From the NCBI GenBank assembly GCA_905178155.1, contig CAJINV010000024.1, positions 1 through 64,000 on the forward strand: a stretch of DNA of 64,000 nt, written 5' to 3'. This DNA comes from Amoebophrya sp. A120. Lineage: Eukaryota; Protista; Dinoflagellata. Below are positions 12,501-24,450 of the stretch, piece after piece (the first letter of the stretch is position 1; every line of letters begins with the position of its first letter). The notes under the pieces were generated by a model. It was not told the origin of the DNA. It was given only the letters and a program-made list of their open reading frames with translations, and did not search any database. A program made the position numbers and the translations under genes.

Positions 12501-15500
12501 AATTTGTGATGCTGTAAGCCAAAGAGAGTTACACTAACACAGTTTTTTTTCTTGGATAGATGCGTTGTGGTGTCTACAACTTCCTTGGCGGAATTCTTTA
12601 CATCTCTTTCAACATCATCTTCTTTCTTGCAGTACAGCCGTCTCACATTTTTCTCGTAGATCCCGGCCACTTCTTCCAGCATGCAGTCCTGGATGCGCTT
12701 CGCCCCTTTTGCCAAGGTCTCCAGCTGCTTCTCCTGCTTTTCCAAAACGTACGCGAACCGGAGAAACCGGTTGCGGAAATACCGGTTGTCTTCCAGCCAC
12801 ATATCCAAGGAAGAAAGTGTACATAGTGATATAAGTCTGTCATGCAGAGAATGCAGACACAGAGTTGCGCACGCGCTTGTCATGCTGGCGAGGCATGAAG
12901 TCCTCTTTTCTTGCAAGAACATAAAGCTGTATGTGTTTAGTTTTCAAGTGCTGGCGCCTGCGCATGACACCAGGCATTCTCTGTCATGCAACACAAATTT
13001 TTCATGCTGTCACTCCAAGACACCTACAGTAACGCAGTTTTTCACTTGGATACCGGACGTCCACAAAATAGTTTTCCAGCGAGTACTCAAAGTCGTCCAT
13101 AATCTCCGCCACCTGCCCCGCGTCCTGCTTGCACTTTTCCGCAACCTATCAAGTGCAAAAGTGTCTGGGTCTGGAAGAATGCCAGACTTGTCATGCAGGT
13201 TTTCCATGATCCATGAGGTCTGGTATGTAGGACATAGCATGACAGATTCTGCGAGAGTTCTGTCATGCCTATCCTGCATGAGAAACTGCCTCTCGATTAG
13301 GTCAAAAATGTACAGCTCTTGGTAATCATGCAACACTTTTCTACATGATTCAGATTTAGCATGATAAGTTGCTTTGTTCCAGACCCAGACATATTTGCAA
13401 TGCATACAACCACCGCTGCGGGCGAGGCTATCAAAAGGAAAAATCCCCCCTCTCATATTGACAAGGTACGTTTCTGCAAATTTGTGTTGCTGATTTGTGC
13501 CCACAAATCGTGTCTGTCTTGCAAGAAGGCAACTCCACAAGCTCCGCAGTGTTGTGCAGGCGGTTTGTGATGCTGATGGGCCTACGGCGCGGACGTTTCT
13601 CATGCTAGACGCCTAGGCCAAAACCTCTCTACTTAGGCTTAGTGTGGGCCTGCATTCCTCTCCAGCAAGACAAATCTGATTTGTGTACGCAAATCCTGCG
13701 TCAGAAACTTCGTTTTGATATGGGGAGGGGAGATTTTTCCTTTTGATACAGGCCGGGTGCAGTTTGGTCAGCGTCCACTTCCCGCTCAGCCGCTTCGCGT
13801 TCTCGAGGACCAAACTGTTGATGCGGTTCAGCTGGTCCACCATGTTGCTGATCACCGACTGCCCCGGCGCAGTGCCGATCGGCAGGCCGGGTCCCGGCCG
13901 TTTGAATGGCTGGCCGAAGTACGTCGGCTGCGCAAACTCGCGTTGGTGAAAGGGTCCTCGTCGGGGCTTGGCGGTGCTGCTGCTGCTTGTCTTTATGCAT
14001 TGCAAAGATGTCTGGATCTGGAATAAACTTGTAATGCTGAGTGGCGAATCATGAGAAAACCACAATTGCTGACTCAGCATGACAGGTTTCTGAGTTTGTC
14101 GTAGGTGTTGTCTACTCTGCATGACGAACTGCGTTTTACTTGCATGGCAGGACGTTGCTGCATTTAGGCAACGTGCATGACAGACTTGAGAGTCATGCTA
14201 GCCGAGCATGACAAACTGGCACTCTTCCAGACCCAGACATATCTGCAGGTGATAGTCTGTGGCGAAGGAACTACAACGGCAGGTGCTGCGCCAGTTGTAC
14301 CAGTGGTCCCCGCCCCTCCTTCCTTCACTGCTGCTGCCGCCGCCGCGCGGGATTTTTCTCCTGCGATTATCATCGCCCGCAGATCCGTATGAATTGCAAA
14401 AGTATCGCACTCGTATAAATGCATTACAAATTTCCCCAGCATGATAAATAAAATTTGTATATGCAGATTTGCCTCAAGACAAAGATTTGTAATGCAAGAC
14501 TTGCATTCATACGAATACGATACGTTTGCACAGGATAATCCGGCGAACCGAGGTCCTCCGTGAGCACCGTCATCTTTTTTCTTTTTCCGTGAATCACGGG
14601 CGTTGCGTCCCCGTCTTCATTTTCCTCCGGCCAGTGCTCGCTTGGTGGCGTGAGGAAAAGTAGTCTTGTCACGAGGGACCGCATATGGATTGCAAAAATG
14701 TCTGGGTCTGGAAGGTTGGAACTTGTGATGCTAACTTTGGAACCCTGGAACCCTGAGGTGATGTCACTAAGTTTTTTTTTGGCTTGAAGACCCCCTCCTA
14801 CCCCCCCGATCCCGGAAGGGAAAATGGATGCTAACTTTGGACTTCTCTAAAAAATTCTGTATTGCATGACCAGCAAGAGGAGTCCGGTTTGTGCTACGCG
14901 TGGAGGGAATTTGTCATGCGGAATAGGCATCAGGAAGGCCTCCAAAAATCTGTGATGCTAGGGCTTCCATGACAGACGTTCTATGTCATGCAGAAACAGC
15001 ATAACAAACGTCGGATTCTTCCAGACCCAGCCATTTTTGCATTTGGTACCGCAGCTTGCCCTCGTCATCCAGATCAGCGAAGTACTGAATGTCATCATCC
15101 ACGTGCGTTTCCACGGGCCTCCCGCGCTCCTCGGGGCTCGGACCTTCCGGCATGGTCAGCTCGTGGTACATATGCATTGCAAATATGTGTGAGCCTAGAA
15201 GAATGTAACTTGTGATGCTGCAGTTGGATTCTAGAAAAATCTGTGTTGCATGAGCAGCAAAGGGAGGCCATCTACTTTTGCTACGCGGAGAGGGCATTTG
15301 TCATGCGGAATGGGCAACATCAAGATGCATTCAGAAAATTTGTGATGCTAAAACAACCGCACCGACATTGCCATTGTCCATTATCGCTGGGGAGGCAAGC
15401 CTCCGCAGGCGCTGGAGCGGCATAGGGAAAATTTGTGATGCGAAAAATACATCACAGATGTCATGGCTCATGCAAAACGTGCATGAAAAAGCTCCAGTCT

Positions 15501-16666
15501 TCCAGATCCAGACCACGTATTTGCACTTGATAGTACACGGCCCGCGGCCACTCCTGAATGTCACCGCTCAAGCATTTGTCGCAGAAGTCGTCGTCGTACG
15601 CACAGCTTTGCACCTCTTCAAACATTTCGTTCTCGGCGACCAGGCCCATTTCTTCCACTGGGTCAGCATGTGCATCATCTACCACGTGCATGACTGCATC
15701 CCCATTGTCACCACCAGACTTCGCACCATCCTCGTTCATCGTAGTGCCACTACGGCAACCACTGCCACCACCCAGCAACGACCGGATTTGCTTGACCGCA
15801 GAACAGTAGTCGTACAGCTTCCTGTATCGTACGAAAAAAGTGCTTCACTGTAAGGATTTTGCAAGTTTTGCATCCCAAGCTCGTTACACATGACGAAGAA
15901 AACTTGCCATGCGCGCTTCCTAAGGCAAAACACGTTGAAAAACCCAGTGTGTTGCATGTGTAGCAAGACAAGTAGTTGTGTGCTCCATTCTATGCATCAC
16001 AAGTTCACAGTGAAGCAGTTTTTTCGTGCGATATCCTATCTGCCACTTCGTTGTTCACCATGGCCAGTCGTTGCATCTCTCGCATGAGAAGCTCCCGTTG
16101 CTCCACCCGGCGGCAGCGGCCGTTCAGGAGCAGTAGCATCAGCTTCACGCAGATCTCATGCCGGTCAAAAATGGCCGCGCCGCATCTGGAACAAGGGAGG
16201 AATGTATAAATGTCCTCGAGAAATGAATTTAGAAGTTGTTATACCGGTAGCACGCTTGCAGTCTCGCTGACAAAGCGCGCTCGCCATGAACAAAGTTGTG
16301 CATCATGACAAAGCGAAATTGATGATATAAACAAAATTTATAGTATTACTTGGGTTCCCGGGGGATGCACTTGAACATGTTGGGAAAGATGTCGTCTTTC
16401 AACTCCCTGAACAGCTGCCGGATCGTTTTCCGGAGGGGGCAAAAGAGTTGGAAGTCCTGCGTGAACTCCGCCCCGATGTACTCCCCGGTCGCCAGTAGCT
16501 GCAAGTTGGTGTGCGTGTGCATGTTATCGAGGTTTTCGTCTTTCAAAGCGATACTCGGGAGTTTTGGCGGCTCGCAGTACGGGGAGTCGCGTTTCCCGCA
16601 TTGCCGGTAGTACGCCGGGAGAATGTAGTGACCGGTACTACCGGTCGAGACGAGCGCGCCGGACAT
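541..16666 (-). CDS. Multi-exon protein (>=750 aa, 3' end beyond window start) with a Med31/SOH1 (Mediator subunit 31)-like domain near the C-terminus
   Basis: ATG at 16666, one GT-AG intron (16186-16349) and 14 complete TIR introns. Removing each element plus one 5-bp DR gives one open frame. Exons 2027-2081, 1655-1745, 1400-1433 and 964-1058 read RFTWESQFLQSLLNPRYLQHVVKRHVDDPDFRWFLRYLLYFRNPTYKIFLDYPVAVELLEIL, matching the Med31 pattern RFxxExEFVQxLANPxYL...FxxYLxYLLYWKxPxY...YP...LELL. Confidence 0.8.
653..963. mobile_element. Introner (family G)
   Basis: TIR TATGGA.TGTCAG..TTGAAATC.ACAAAGTTGAA; DR TAGAG/TCGAG; removal keeps the frame. Confidence 0.85.
1064..1399. mobile_element. Introner family B
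   Basis: Ends TATCAAAGTGAAAA...CCCCATA and TATGGGGAGGCGGGGGGATTTTTCCTCGCAATA; DR AGTTT/AGTTC. Confidence 0.85.
1439..1654. mobile_element. Introner family D
   Basis: Ends TATCGCAAGAAAAAAGTGT and ACACTTTTTTCGTGGGATA; DR TGTAC/TGTAA; interrupts the Med31 domain. Confidence 0.9.
1751..2026. mobile_element. Introner family A
   Basis: Ends TATGCATTGCAAATACG and ATATTTGCATTTGATA; perfect DR CCGGG; interrupts NPR|YL. Confidence 0.92.
2500..7691. repeat. 132-bp satellite, left block (~39 monomers, 264-bp A/B dimer higher-order repeat)
   Basis: CAGGACGCGGCGTAGAAAGTCC recurs at 3721, 3853, 3985 and onward; monomers alternate TTCGGGGCCGGATTCC and TTTGGGACGGGATTTC variants; most homogeneous at ~3700-5600. 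Confidence 0.97.
7692..8948. mobile_element. Non-autonomous TIR DNA transposon (1257 bp) with 6-bp TSD
   Basis: 22-bp TIR TCAGGCAGCCGGCCCG(T/A)GGCAA (21/22); TSD CCGGCT at 7686-7691 and 8949-8954; removal restores a satellite monomer; no transposase recognised. Confidence 0.92.
8949..11100. repeat. 132-bp satellite, right block (~16 monomers)
   Basis: Same monomer and orientation as 2500-7691. Confidence 0.95.
11420..12100. repeat. Imperfect foldback containing a 12-bp minisatellite
   Basis: ~11420-11680 is an inverted copy of ~11725-12100 (e.g. TTTATTTCCGAGAAGAAAAAAGCA vs TGCTTTTTTCTTCTCGGAAATAAA); CGTTTCGCCTGT/CCTTTCGCCTCT-type units at ~11860-12030. Confidence 0.8.
12357..12558. mobile_element. 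Introner family D
   Basis: Ends TATGCAAGAAAAAAACTG and CAGTTTTTTTTCTTGGATA; DR GATGG/GATGC. Confidence 0.9.
12802..13052. mobile_element. Introner family D
   Basis: Ends TATCCAAGG and ACTTGGATA; DR CCACA/CCGGA (2 mismatches); frame kept. Confidence 0.82.
13147..13406. mobile_element. Introner family A
   Basis: TIR TATCAAGTGCAAAAGTGTCTGGGTCTGGAA; perfect DR CAACC. Confidence 0.92.
13429..13748. mobile_element. Introner family B
   Basis: TIR TATCAAAAGGAAAAATC.CCCCTC.CATAT; DR GAGGC/CAGGC; only 22 bp from the previous element. Confidence 0.9.
13994..14254. mobile_element. Introner family A
   Basis: Family A TIRs; DR GTCTT/GTCTG. Confidence 0.9.
14388..14537. mobile_element. Introner family C
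   Basis: Ends TATGAATTGCAAAAGTATCG and CGATACGTTTGCACAGGATA; perfect DR ATCCG. Confidence 0.92.
14684..15048. mobile_element. Introner family A (with short internal insertion)
   Basis: Family A TIRs; perfect DR CCGCA. Confidence 0.92.
15171..15532. mobile_element. Introner family A (with short internal insertion)
   Basis: Family A TIRs; perfect DR GTACA. Confidence 0.9.
15825..16033. mobile_element. Introner family F (intact copy)
   Basis: TIR TATCG(T/C)ACGAAAAAA.TGCTTCACTGT; DR TCCTG/TCCTA. Confidence 0.92.
16186..16349 (-). other. Canonical GT-AG intron
   Basis: CCCAA|GTAATAC ... CCTCCCTTGTTCCAG|ATGC; splicing joins REPK to CGAAIF in frame. Confidence 0.8.
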
Positions 16667-18772
16667 CTTGACCACAGGGCTTTGCCTGCTTAGTTGGTTT
16701 CTACAGACACAATTTGTCTTCGTTTTTTCAAGATTTGAAATTTCTAGTAACTAGTACGGTAAGCTAAGAGCACGGAGCTACACCCTGTGCTAACGAAGTC
16801 AAGTAGAAGGGAGTTGTAAGTGCTAGAAGTCTAACCTCACTACATGCTTTATCACTACGGCTACAACGATAAAGGGCTACGGAAACATAAATACATAGGT
16901 GCCGCTGCAGAAAAGTGAAGAAGGGTATTTGATGAGATATAACCAGGATAAGACATGTGAATCTCCCCAACATCTATCAAGTTTTGCAAAATAAATCCGA
17001 GACTACCAGGATATTAGTTGTGCAGACGAGACATAAACGAAAACGGCACTTTTCTGAGTTGCATTTTCATATTCGTGCTCGTCATTCTTTTCCTCCGCAG
17101 AAAAAGTTTGGTCTACGAATGGGCGTTGTACAAGGTGGAACAGTTTGAACGAGTAAGTTGTTCTTTTTGCATTTCCATCTTTCTTAGTCTATCGCTAGCC
17201 TTGGATTCTATTCTGGTGTAAACAGGTCCAGAGTCCAAGTAGTGCTGAGGCTAGATAAAGATACCACAGTGTGTCAAACTGCGATAGAGTTCGCTTCGAC
17301 GCCCAATCTTGATAGCTCTGAATTGTATTCACTCATCTCCTTGAACCTCATGCTCCGAAGATGTACTTGTTTGCATGAGTCGGGATCTGTGGTATCAAAA
17401 TGTGCCTCAGATCCTGATCTGCCATCAAGAGATCTATCTTTATCCCTCAGTCACGGATCAGCCTTTCGCTCCGGATCAAGACTTCTTCTGGGAGTAGCAC
17501 GGTGCTGCCGGACGAAAACTAGAACGAAAGAAGCTTCACTGGCTTGGGTTACTTGTACTTCCGACAATGCACGGATGTAGGGCTGCTCAACACAAAAGGA
17601 AAACATTTCTCGAATTTCCAATAAGTCGAACCTGGAACAACGCACCTGCTCGGCCAGCGATTTTTCTTTTCTTCGATGTAAGTACTTCGTTTGGTTTTGC
17701 CGCCATGGCGACCCGTGCTGTTGTATGTCCGTTTTTCTTAATATCATACAAACCTTGTTTGACCTTTTGGTCGTCTACGTTAGCATTTCCTTTCAGATCC
17801 AGAAACACAGATGCTAGTTGGTGTACCAAACTTAAACTCAGTGGCGAGACTTTTTTTTCACGACGTTATTGTTAGTGTACTCGGCTTCGACGTGCTGTAA
17901 TACTTACTCATCATGCTTGCACCTTTCTCCGATCCATACTCTTACTCAACTTTTACTTTTCCAAAAAGATAAGAACTTATGACTTCATCACCACGTGCCT
18001 CATCCCGTCCAACTATGGCAACGCAATCTTACAAAACGTCTAATGTGGAAATTTGTTCTTGATCATACAGGTTTCGAAAACTTCTAAAACTCGATGGTCG
18101 CATATTCGCACTTGATGCGGTTGTTAGTGGGTGTCTAAAACTCGCACCGCAATCCAATACTAGTGCACTACTTACTCTACAAAGATATAAGCTTCTTGCG
18201 GTCTGTAAAAGACTTTCGGTCGCAGATCTTGCTGCACAGCATTACAAAGGCTGGGGCAGAACTGGTTCCGGTCTTTTTTCTTGGCTCGTAAGGTTTACCA
18301 CTCTTCACTTAATGTACTTACTATAGTATGTCATCTGTCCTAGTAGCCTAGAGCCTGCTGTTTGACATTTCATCACCAAAGCCTTCTGCAAGTATACTCG
18401 TGACAGATCTCCCAAGGCACGGCTTTTGTTGCAGTTGGCGTTCTACCTCCTCCGACGACGAAGTAGAAGCAAATCTCAATTTGTATCTGTGGCAATAGTG
18501 GGCGAATAGAAAAGTAAACCATACAACGGGAAAAGTACGACTGACCAGTGCTCCACCTGAATACACTATGTCCCAATCTAAGGACCTACTGTCTAATGAG
18601 TGGATTTAGCTTGGTTCTGTCCAAAACATATCAAACCAGTCGGTCGTGCGCATCTGAGTCACAATTTCCGTCGCCCGTTGTCGCCAAGTGATTCTCGTTC
18701 TCACACGATAGTACAGATTGGAAAATACTCTGATTCTGAACTTCCTTTTAGTCATGACGCAGCCCTGCTTAC

Positions 18773-21427
18773 TCACCTGCCACCCTGCTGTTCCTTCTTC
18801 TGCTTTTTCCCACTTCGCTTGGTACTTTTTGTTTTCCCGTGATGCTTCTTCACCTTACAGGCCCCATCTCCGGTGCGTGAGTGCAGTTTGAAATACGGTT
18901 TTCCGACCGCAGAGGACACCTTACTGTCCGGATGCGCGCAGACCGACGAATCGCCATCCTGCCCCCCCTTACTGCCTGCCGCGGCGTCTGTGCCCCAGGC
19001 CGCCTTGATGGTTCCCATCGTCGCCGACACCTGCTTCCACACGTCGGAAGCCACTTTTTGCACGCCGCGTCTGAAAGCGCGTGCCTGTGCCGTGTTGGCG
19101 GGGAAAAACTCAAGTAGCCCGACGCTATGCGAAATCGGGTTGCTGTTTCCATCGAGCTGCCGGGCCGGCCAGCCGTGCTCGCAGGCTGTGGGCGTGTTTC
19201 CCTGCATGGCTTCGAATTCCCCGAACATGCGGAAGAGATCGGCGTCGCTCATTTCCGTGCAGCCACGGGACAGCTCCGGATCGAGCGTCCAGTTCCCGTC
19301 CCAACAAATGTCGTCCCGGTTCGCCTTGCCGCAGTCGAGTTTCAGAACGCAGGCCTTGTTGCCGTTGCCGGGATCAGGGCACAATGCGAGACGACGGGCG
19401 TTCGCACCACTGGGGCCAGTGCAAAACTCCCCTTGTTCGTGGCGGAAGTGCTCCCCGTCCTTCCAACCACCGGCGCAAGGCGCCGCCGCATCCATCAGTG
19501 GCACCACACCGTCGTAAGTGCCACTGATCTGCGGGTGCAGATGGCTCCACGACTTCTTGTTCGCCGCAAGATCGGCTTTGATCTTGTCAGCCTCCTGTTG
19601 CCCAGCGGCTGCCGACTTCCACGCCTTCGCTTTGGCTGCCTCCGCCTCCCGCGTTTCTCGCGCAACCTGGTCGCGACGCTGCGTGTTGGCGCGGAGGCTG
19701 TCGATCAGGGATTGATGCTTCTCCACCAAATTCGGGGTTGGAGGGTCGAAGATACGCCCATCACGGCACATCTGTAAGCCCAGGGAGGATTGCGTGGGCC
19801 GCTCTTCGTAGTTCTCAGCGAGGGTTACGTCCCGCGAATTTTCCAGCTCCGCTCTCGGTACGGCGCAGCAGTTGTTCGGATCTCGCAACGAGCAGACGGT
19901 CGTAAACATGCGCCTCATCTCGGCCACTTCCTGTTCGTGGAATTCTGCGTCAGCTTCGTTTCGTTCTGCTTGGGCAGCCCCTTCCTTCAGGAGCTTGTGC
20001 AGATTGCGCTCAGCGGATTCTGCTTCGGCTTTGTTTCTTTCTGCTTGGGCAGCTCCTTCCTTCTGCAGCTTGTTTAGACTGCGCTCAGCGGCTTCGGCAT
20101 CGGCCTCTGCTTGTTCTTGCCTCATCTCCGCTGCCTCGGCCTTTCGCACCGCGGTTTCGGTCTTGCGGCCTGCGGCCTGGAGCAGCTCTTTCTGCGCTGC
20201 GATCACCCCTGTCAGCCTTTTGTTTTCGGTGTGAAAGTCAGGAAGAGCCAAAACCTGGTCGGCGTTGCAAGCTGGAGTAGAATACGGCGCTGCAGCCGAG
20301 TTCTGTTGGTAGCCGTTAGCGAGAGCCATGCCCTCCCGCGTTCGTACAGAACAGCACTCGGAGCCGTCACTGGAGCCGTTCGTGGGGCAGACAAGCACGC
20401 GCGGCATGCGCTGTTCGTAAAGTACATGCTGCAGGACCCCGGTAAAGACGACGAACGCAAACACCCGGAGTGCCACCGAACGCCTCACGCACTCTGCGAA
20501 GGCTGACAAGTGCAAGGCAACACTCGCATTCACAATTTGCCACCACCGTTGCGCAGCGCCTAGTTGCAAAAATCGCGTGAGCGCAGCGCGCACAGGCGTC
20601 GGCTGTCCGCTCTGGCTTTCCCCGCCCTCAATTGCAAGCACGAGTTCAAGCGGCTCGGCTTGCGCAGGGGCAGTACGACACTCAGCTCGTCCCGTAGAAG
20701 ACGCTCGACGGCGGGCCCGGGTGGTTCCATGTTCGTCGCGAGATCTCGACACACGCAGACTTCGTCCGTGGCTACTGAGGGAACGGACCTGGGAGCCGAT
20801 GTCTACAAGCGAAATAACGTTTTCTTTGTCTTCATGGAAGGTCAGGATGGTCTTGCCGCTGAGTTCCATGCCCAGCACCCGTTGTTCGTCTTCCCTAGTC
20901 AGGCTGATTCCTGCGAGGAGCCGTGGTTTGAGGGTCAGCAGGTTCACAACACGTTCCCGGCGTTCCACTTTCTTCGAGAAGCTGCTGAAGGCGTCGCCCG
21001 GCCGCACGTCCTTAGGCCCCTCCATACGCTCAAACCGCGTGAGCACGTTGCGCGCATTATCCCAGAGGCCGTCGACTCCCTCCTCGGCTCCCTCGGCCGG
21101 CGCTGCACCTCGCGCCCAATTTATAGCGGATTCCAGTGGGGTCGTCATGTGCCTCAGGGCGAATTTGGACGCTTCCCAGTTACTATGGGTGCGCGCCACG
21201 TCCGCGAGGTGCTGCAGCATGTGTCCTACGACGAATAAGGCCCCGTCGGATACCGCGGACGCGCCGAGTGGGACACTCCACGATGCCACGGCAAGCATTA
21301 CGCCTGCGTCACCTTTTCTTTGACGGCCTTGTGCGACAAGGAGAGCCTGTTTTTTGATTTGATTTGATTTTAGATGTCCACGTTGCACCGAAGGGGGAGG
21401 GGCAGAGGCAGATGATGCTGTCGCCAA
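18773..21427 (-). CDS. Hypothetical protein with a hydrophobic segment, coiled coil and Cys-containing C-terminal region (exon limits uncertain)
   Basis: 884-codon open frame; VALRVFAFVVFTGVL segment; repeated AEAAERSLNKLQKEGAAQAERN coiled-coil units; no family recognised. Confidence 0.55.
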   Translation of the reverse strand: MATASSASAPPPSVQRGHLKSNQIKKQALLVAQGRQRKGDAGVMLAVASWSVPLGASAVSDGALFVVGHMLQHLADVARTHSNWEASKFALRHMTTPLESAINWARGAAPAEGAEEGVDGLWDNARNVLTRFERMEGPKDVRPGDAFSSFSKKVERRERVVNLLTLKPRLLAGISLTREDEQRVLGMELSGKTILTFHEDKENVISLVDIGSQVRSLSSHGRSLRVSRSRDEHGTTRARRRASSTGRAECRTAPAQAEPLELVLAIEGGESQSGQPTPVRAALTRFLQLGAAQRWWQIVNASVALHLSAFAECVRRSVALRVFAFVVFTGVLQHVLYEQRMPRVLVCPTNGSSDGSECCSVRTREGMALANGYQQNSAAAPYSTPACNADQVLALPDFHTENKRLTGVIAAQKELLQAAGRKTETAVRKAEAAEMRQEQAEADAEAAERSLNKLQKEGAAQAERNKAEAESAERNLHKLLKEGAAQAERNEADAEFHEQEVAEMRRMFTTVCSLRDPNNCCAVPRAELENSRDVTLAENYEERPTQSSLGLQMCRDGRIFDPPTPNLVEKHQSLIDSLRANTQRRDQVARETREAEAAKAKAWKSAAAGQQEADKIKADLAANKKSWSHLHPQISGTYDGVVPLMDAAAPCAGGWKDGEHFRHEQGEFCTGPSGANARRLALCPDPGNGNKACVLKLDCGKANRDDICWDGNWTLDPELSRGCTEMSDADLFRMFGEFEAMQGNTPTACEHGWPARQLDGNSNPISHSVGLLEFFPANTAQARAFRRGVQKVASDVWKQVSATMGTIKAAWGTDAAAGSKGGQDGDSSVCAHPDSKVSSAVGKPYFKLHSRTGDGACKVKKHHGKTKSTKRSGKKQKKEQQGGR

Positions 21428-21544
21428 ACAGCTCTTTGCAAGGCCTGACTGGTTTCAAACTCAGGCATTTATAGGACTACAAGAAACAAGATCAACGGCA
21501 CAAAAACGCGACTGCTCGTGCACCAGCTTCAAACATAAGACTCT

Positions 21545-24450
21545 TTATCTTTCTTTCTCAAAAACACGTCTTAGAAGTGTTTTTAGTACTCCAAGTGCAA
21601 ATGATCCTGAAAAGTCGCAGGAGGCGAGATCTATGTGCGAAAAATACTTGCATTCCGACTTCGATGGATACTCATACTTACTGAGTGTGAGTACATCTAC
21701 ATAGTAGCCATAGTCAATAATTAGAAAGAAATAAAGTACATCTCGTTTCTCCTCAACGGATTCTCTCCCCCGTTGCCCGAACATTTCCGAGAGTCCGAGA
21801 AGCGCTGGCTTCGGCCGCGACCAATTTAGCTGCTCCACCAAAAGAACCGCGCGCGAGCGCATGAGCCCCTCACTCGTGACGGCTTTCTGAACTTCGTTTT
21901 CTATGGCGGCAACGAAGTGAGCCCTGGTGGCATCGTTGGCAAATGTGGTCTCGTTCCACCAAGAAGCCGCCTGCTGCTTGTCTCCGTGCTCAGCGTTGCC
22001 ACCACCATGACTAGCTTCAGTGGAAGCAATTTTGCCCCCGCGGAGCATGCTCAATCCAAGGAAGTTCATCGTTGCTACTGGTTCGGCACCATGCTCCGCC
22101 GATTGATTCCGATTTCCTTGCACAGGATTTCCGCCACGCGGAACAAGGGCAACACCGGCAGCCGTTCTGGCCTGTGGTTGTTGGAGCGAAAGCGAGGCTC
22201 TCGACGGTCCTGGGCCTCCGTTTCCCTCGTCGTCATCGTCGTCACTCGGGTCATCGTCATCATCGTCGTCCCCGAGATAGCTAGGTCCGCCTGTGTGGTA
22301 TTGAAATTGGTTTCCAACAATATGCAAAAATATTACGGCTTGTCAAGTTCAAAACCAAATCAATGATAATCAAGAAGCGACGTGCCGAGCAGGGAAATGG
22401 TGATCTTGCACCTGCGACTGGAGGTCATCATCTCTTTCAACGCCGCATCTCGAACCAAAAGAAGTACCTCCCGTTGAAGAAAACGACCCTTCTAGAAGTA
22501 GTTCGAGACGGAAAAACAAGCTGTTGCTTGGAGTGGATTGTTGACGTGTGGCGGACCCGGAGATCGACAAGGGACCGAATTCCGCGTTCGCCCTTTCACG
22601 AACTTCATTGAGGAGGGTACCACCTCTCAGGACAGTGTCGATTGACGGCGGCGCTTCCTTTTTGCCGTGTCCACCCGTGTGCCTCCCCGCTCTGGCAAAA
22701 AGCAGATCCTGGTTCCCGACTCGAGTCACGCTTCCAGCTGAGTCGCGAGAAAAGAGCCGCAAGCGAACTCCCCGCAAATATCCATTCGGGGGCCGGCGCC
22801 CTCTCTGTCGCATCCTGCGCCGCTCCTCCACGTAAGCTTGATACGTTGCTCGAACTGGGGCAAAAATAGAGCGAAGCTCTGTATCAGGATGCAGCGGAAA
22901 ATCAGTCGCCAGTCGGATGTACTTCGCAAGCTGCGGATTCGCCGGCTGAGTTGTGACTCCGAGCTCAACGTAAACGGTACTTGGCAACTGAACCGGAGCT
23001 GCACCTCCTCGCGATCCTCGCGATCCTCGTCCTGAAAAATCAGCATTTAGGATCAGTATTTTGACAGAGTAAAATCACACGAAAAAGAAGCTTTTTTCGA
23101 TGATTCAAGCACCAGCAACTGTGACACACGTGGATGTCGTACCATCTCATTTCGATCAAAATAATACAAAGAGAAAAGAACTTGTTGGCCACAACGGGCC
23201 AGAACTGTAAACAAGTGTCGCGAGCAATACTTCCTGTTATCGCCGCTTGTTCTGCTCCGCAGCGCGTCTTTGCAGCTAGCAAGTGCTTGTCAAAGAACTG
23301 GGAATCTAGAAGTTTCTCTCCCTGCTGGCTAAGCCGCACCAGAGGACCATCGGCAGCCTCTTCGTCAGATCCGCCGTCGCGCGCCAAATACATCAAATAC
23401 AATAAGCGGCACCGGTGTTCCCGCTTCTCTTGGGGTGAGGCAGCACTCGGTGAAATCGAGAAATAGTTCTGTTGCCAACGCTCGAAGCCCGTCCCCGCGC
23501 TGTCTCTCGGATTCAATGCTTTCTCTGTTATGTAGAAGATAAGGAAGAATTTTTTGTCGCCTGACGCCCACACTGTCCAACATTGTGATGCGCAATCCCA
23601 TCTGACCCAACTTCTCACACAACCCATAAAGCATCTTCGCTATCTTTGGAATTCGCTGGACAAAACACAACGAGCTGCCTGTATACCCTTGCTAGTCTCT
23701 GCTCACTCAAATCTCGCCATCGAAAAATCTTTTTGGTTTGCAGCCTACACATATTCGACAACAAGAAAAAACTACTTTACTGAAATACCGAGACAGACGC
23801 CAAGGAGAATTATTTGCTGGCTTTCAACAGGGGGTCTCGGTCGCTCTCCAAACTTGAATATGAGTGTGTGGCATACCCGCAGCGCCTCCTTCCACTTGGG
23901 GTTCCGTCCGGCACCATCACGAGATATAGCGTCGCTCAGCAGGTGTTTTACAGGTCCAGTTGGATCTATGTCAAGGACGTCCCAATAGGCTAGCACTCCT
24001 TGCATCATATCGAGCCGCAGCTGGCCCAATTGATCCCCAAGAACATCCCACAAATCGTCCATCACTTCTTCAGCATCAGCCCGCGACCTGCTCCTGAGCT
24101 GTGCCCTGACATCTGCGACCATGCCCGCAAAGACTGAATTGATCGCCTTGCATCCTGTGCAACCGCACCGAAACTTCTGCTTCACCACATCTTTCCACGG
24201 CTTCGCTTTCTTTTCGCCACCGAGCACCACCGGCGAACGGGAGCCTGAGGCTGCAGCAGAAACGAATCGAAGAACATTCGTCGTCGAAGATAATCTGCTA
24301 ACCCAGATGCAACAGATGCCAAGGCAGCAACGCCACAACATCCTCCCCGGCGCAGACAGAGAGGCGTTCATTTTCTGCTCCACAGTGATGCAATTACACC
24401 GCTTCTTCTTCTTCTTCTTGAGTACGTATAAAATGCTGAAAATCTGTGTC
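21545..24450 (-). CDS. Probable multi-exon hypothetical gene(s)
   Basis: Successive - strand ORFs (21545-22327, 22370-22987, 23040-23627, 23772-24653) with protein-like cores separated by AT-richer intron-like spacers; no family recognised and structure not resolved. Confidence 0.35.

Noticed and set aside
13010-14122. Short ORFs with FQTQT / KCKNVWVWK / PDPDIFAF motifs (here and throughout) as a protein family or transposase
   Set aside because: They are translations of the family A TIR in different frames; the elements are too short and share no conserved ORF.
16900-18600. Possible multi-exon - strand gene
   Set aside because: Some exon-like fragments (e.g. 17587-17829) exist, but I could not assemble a supported model.
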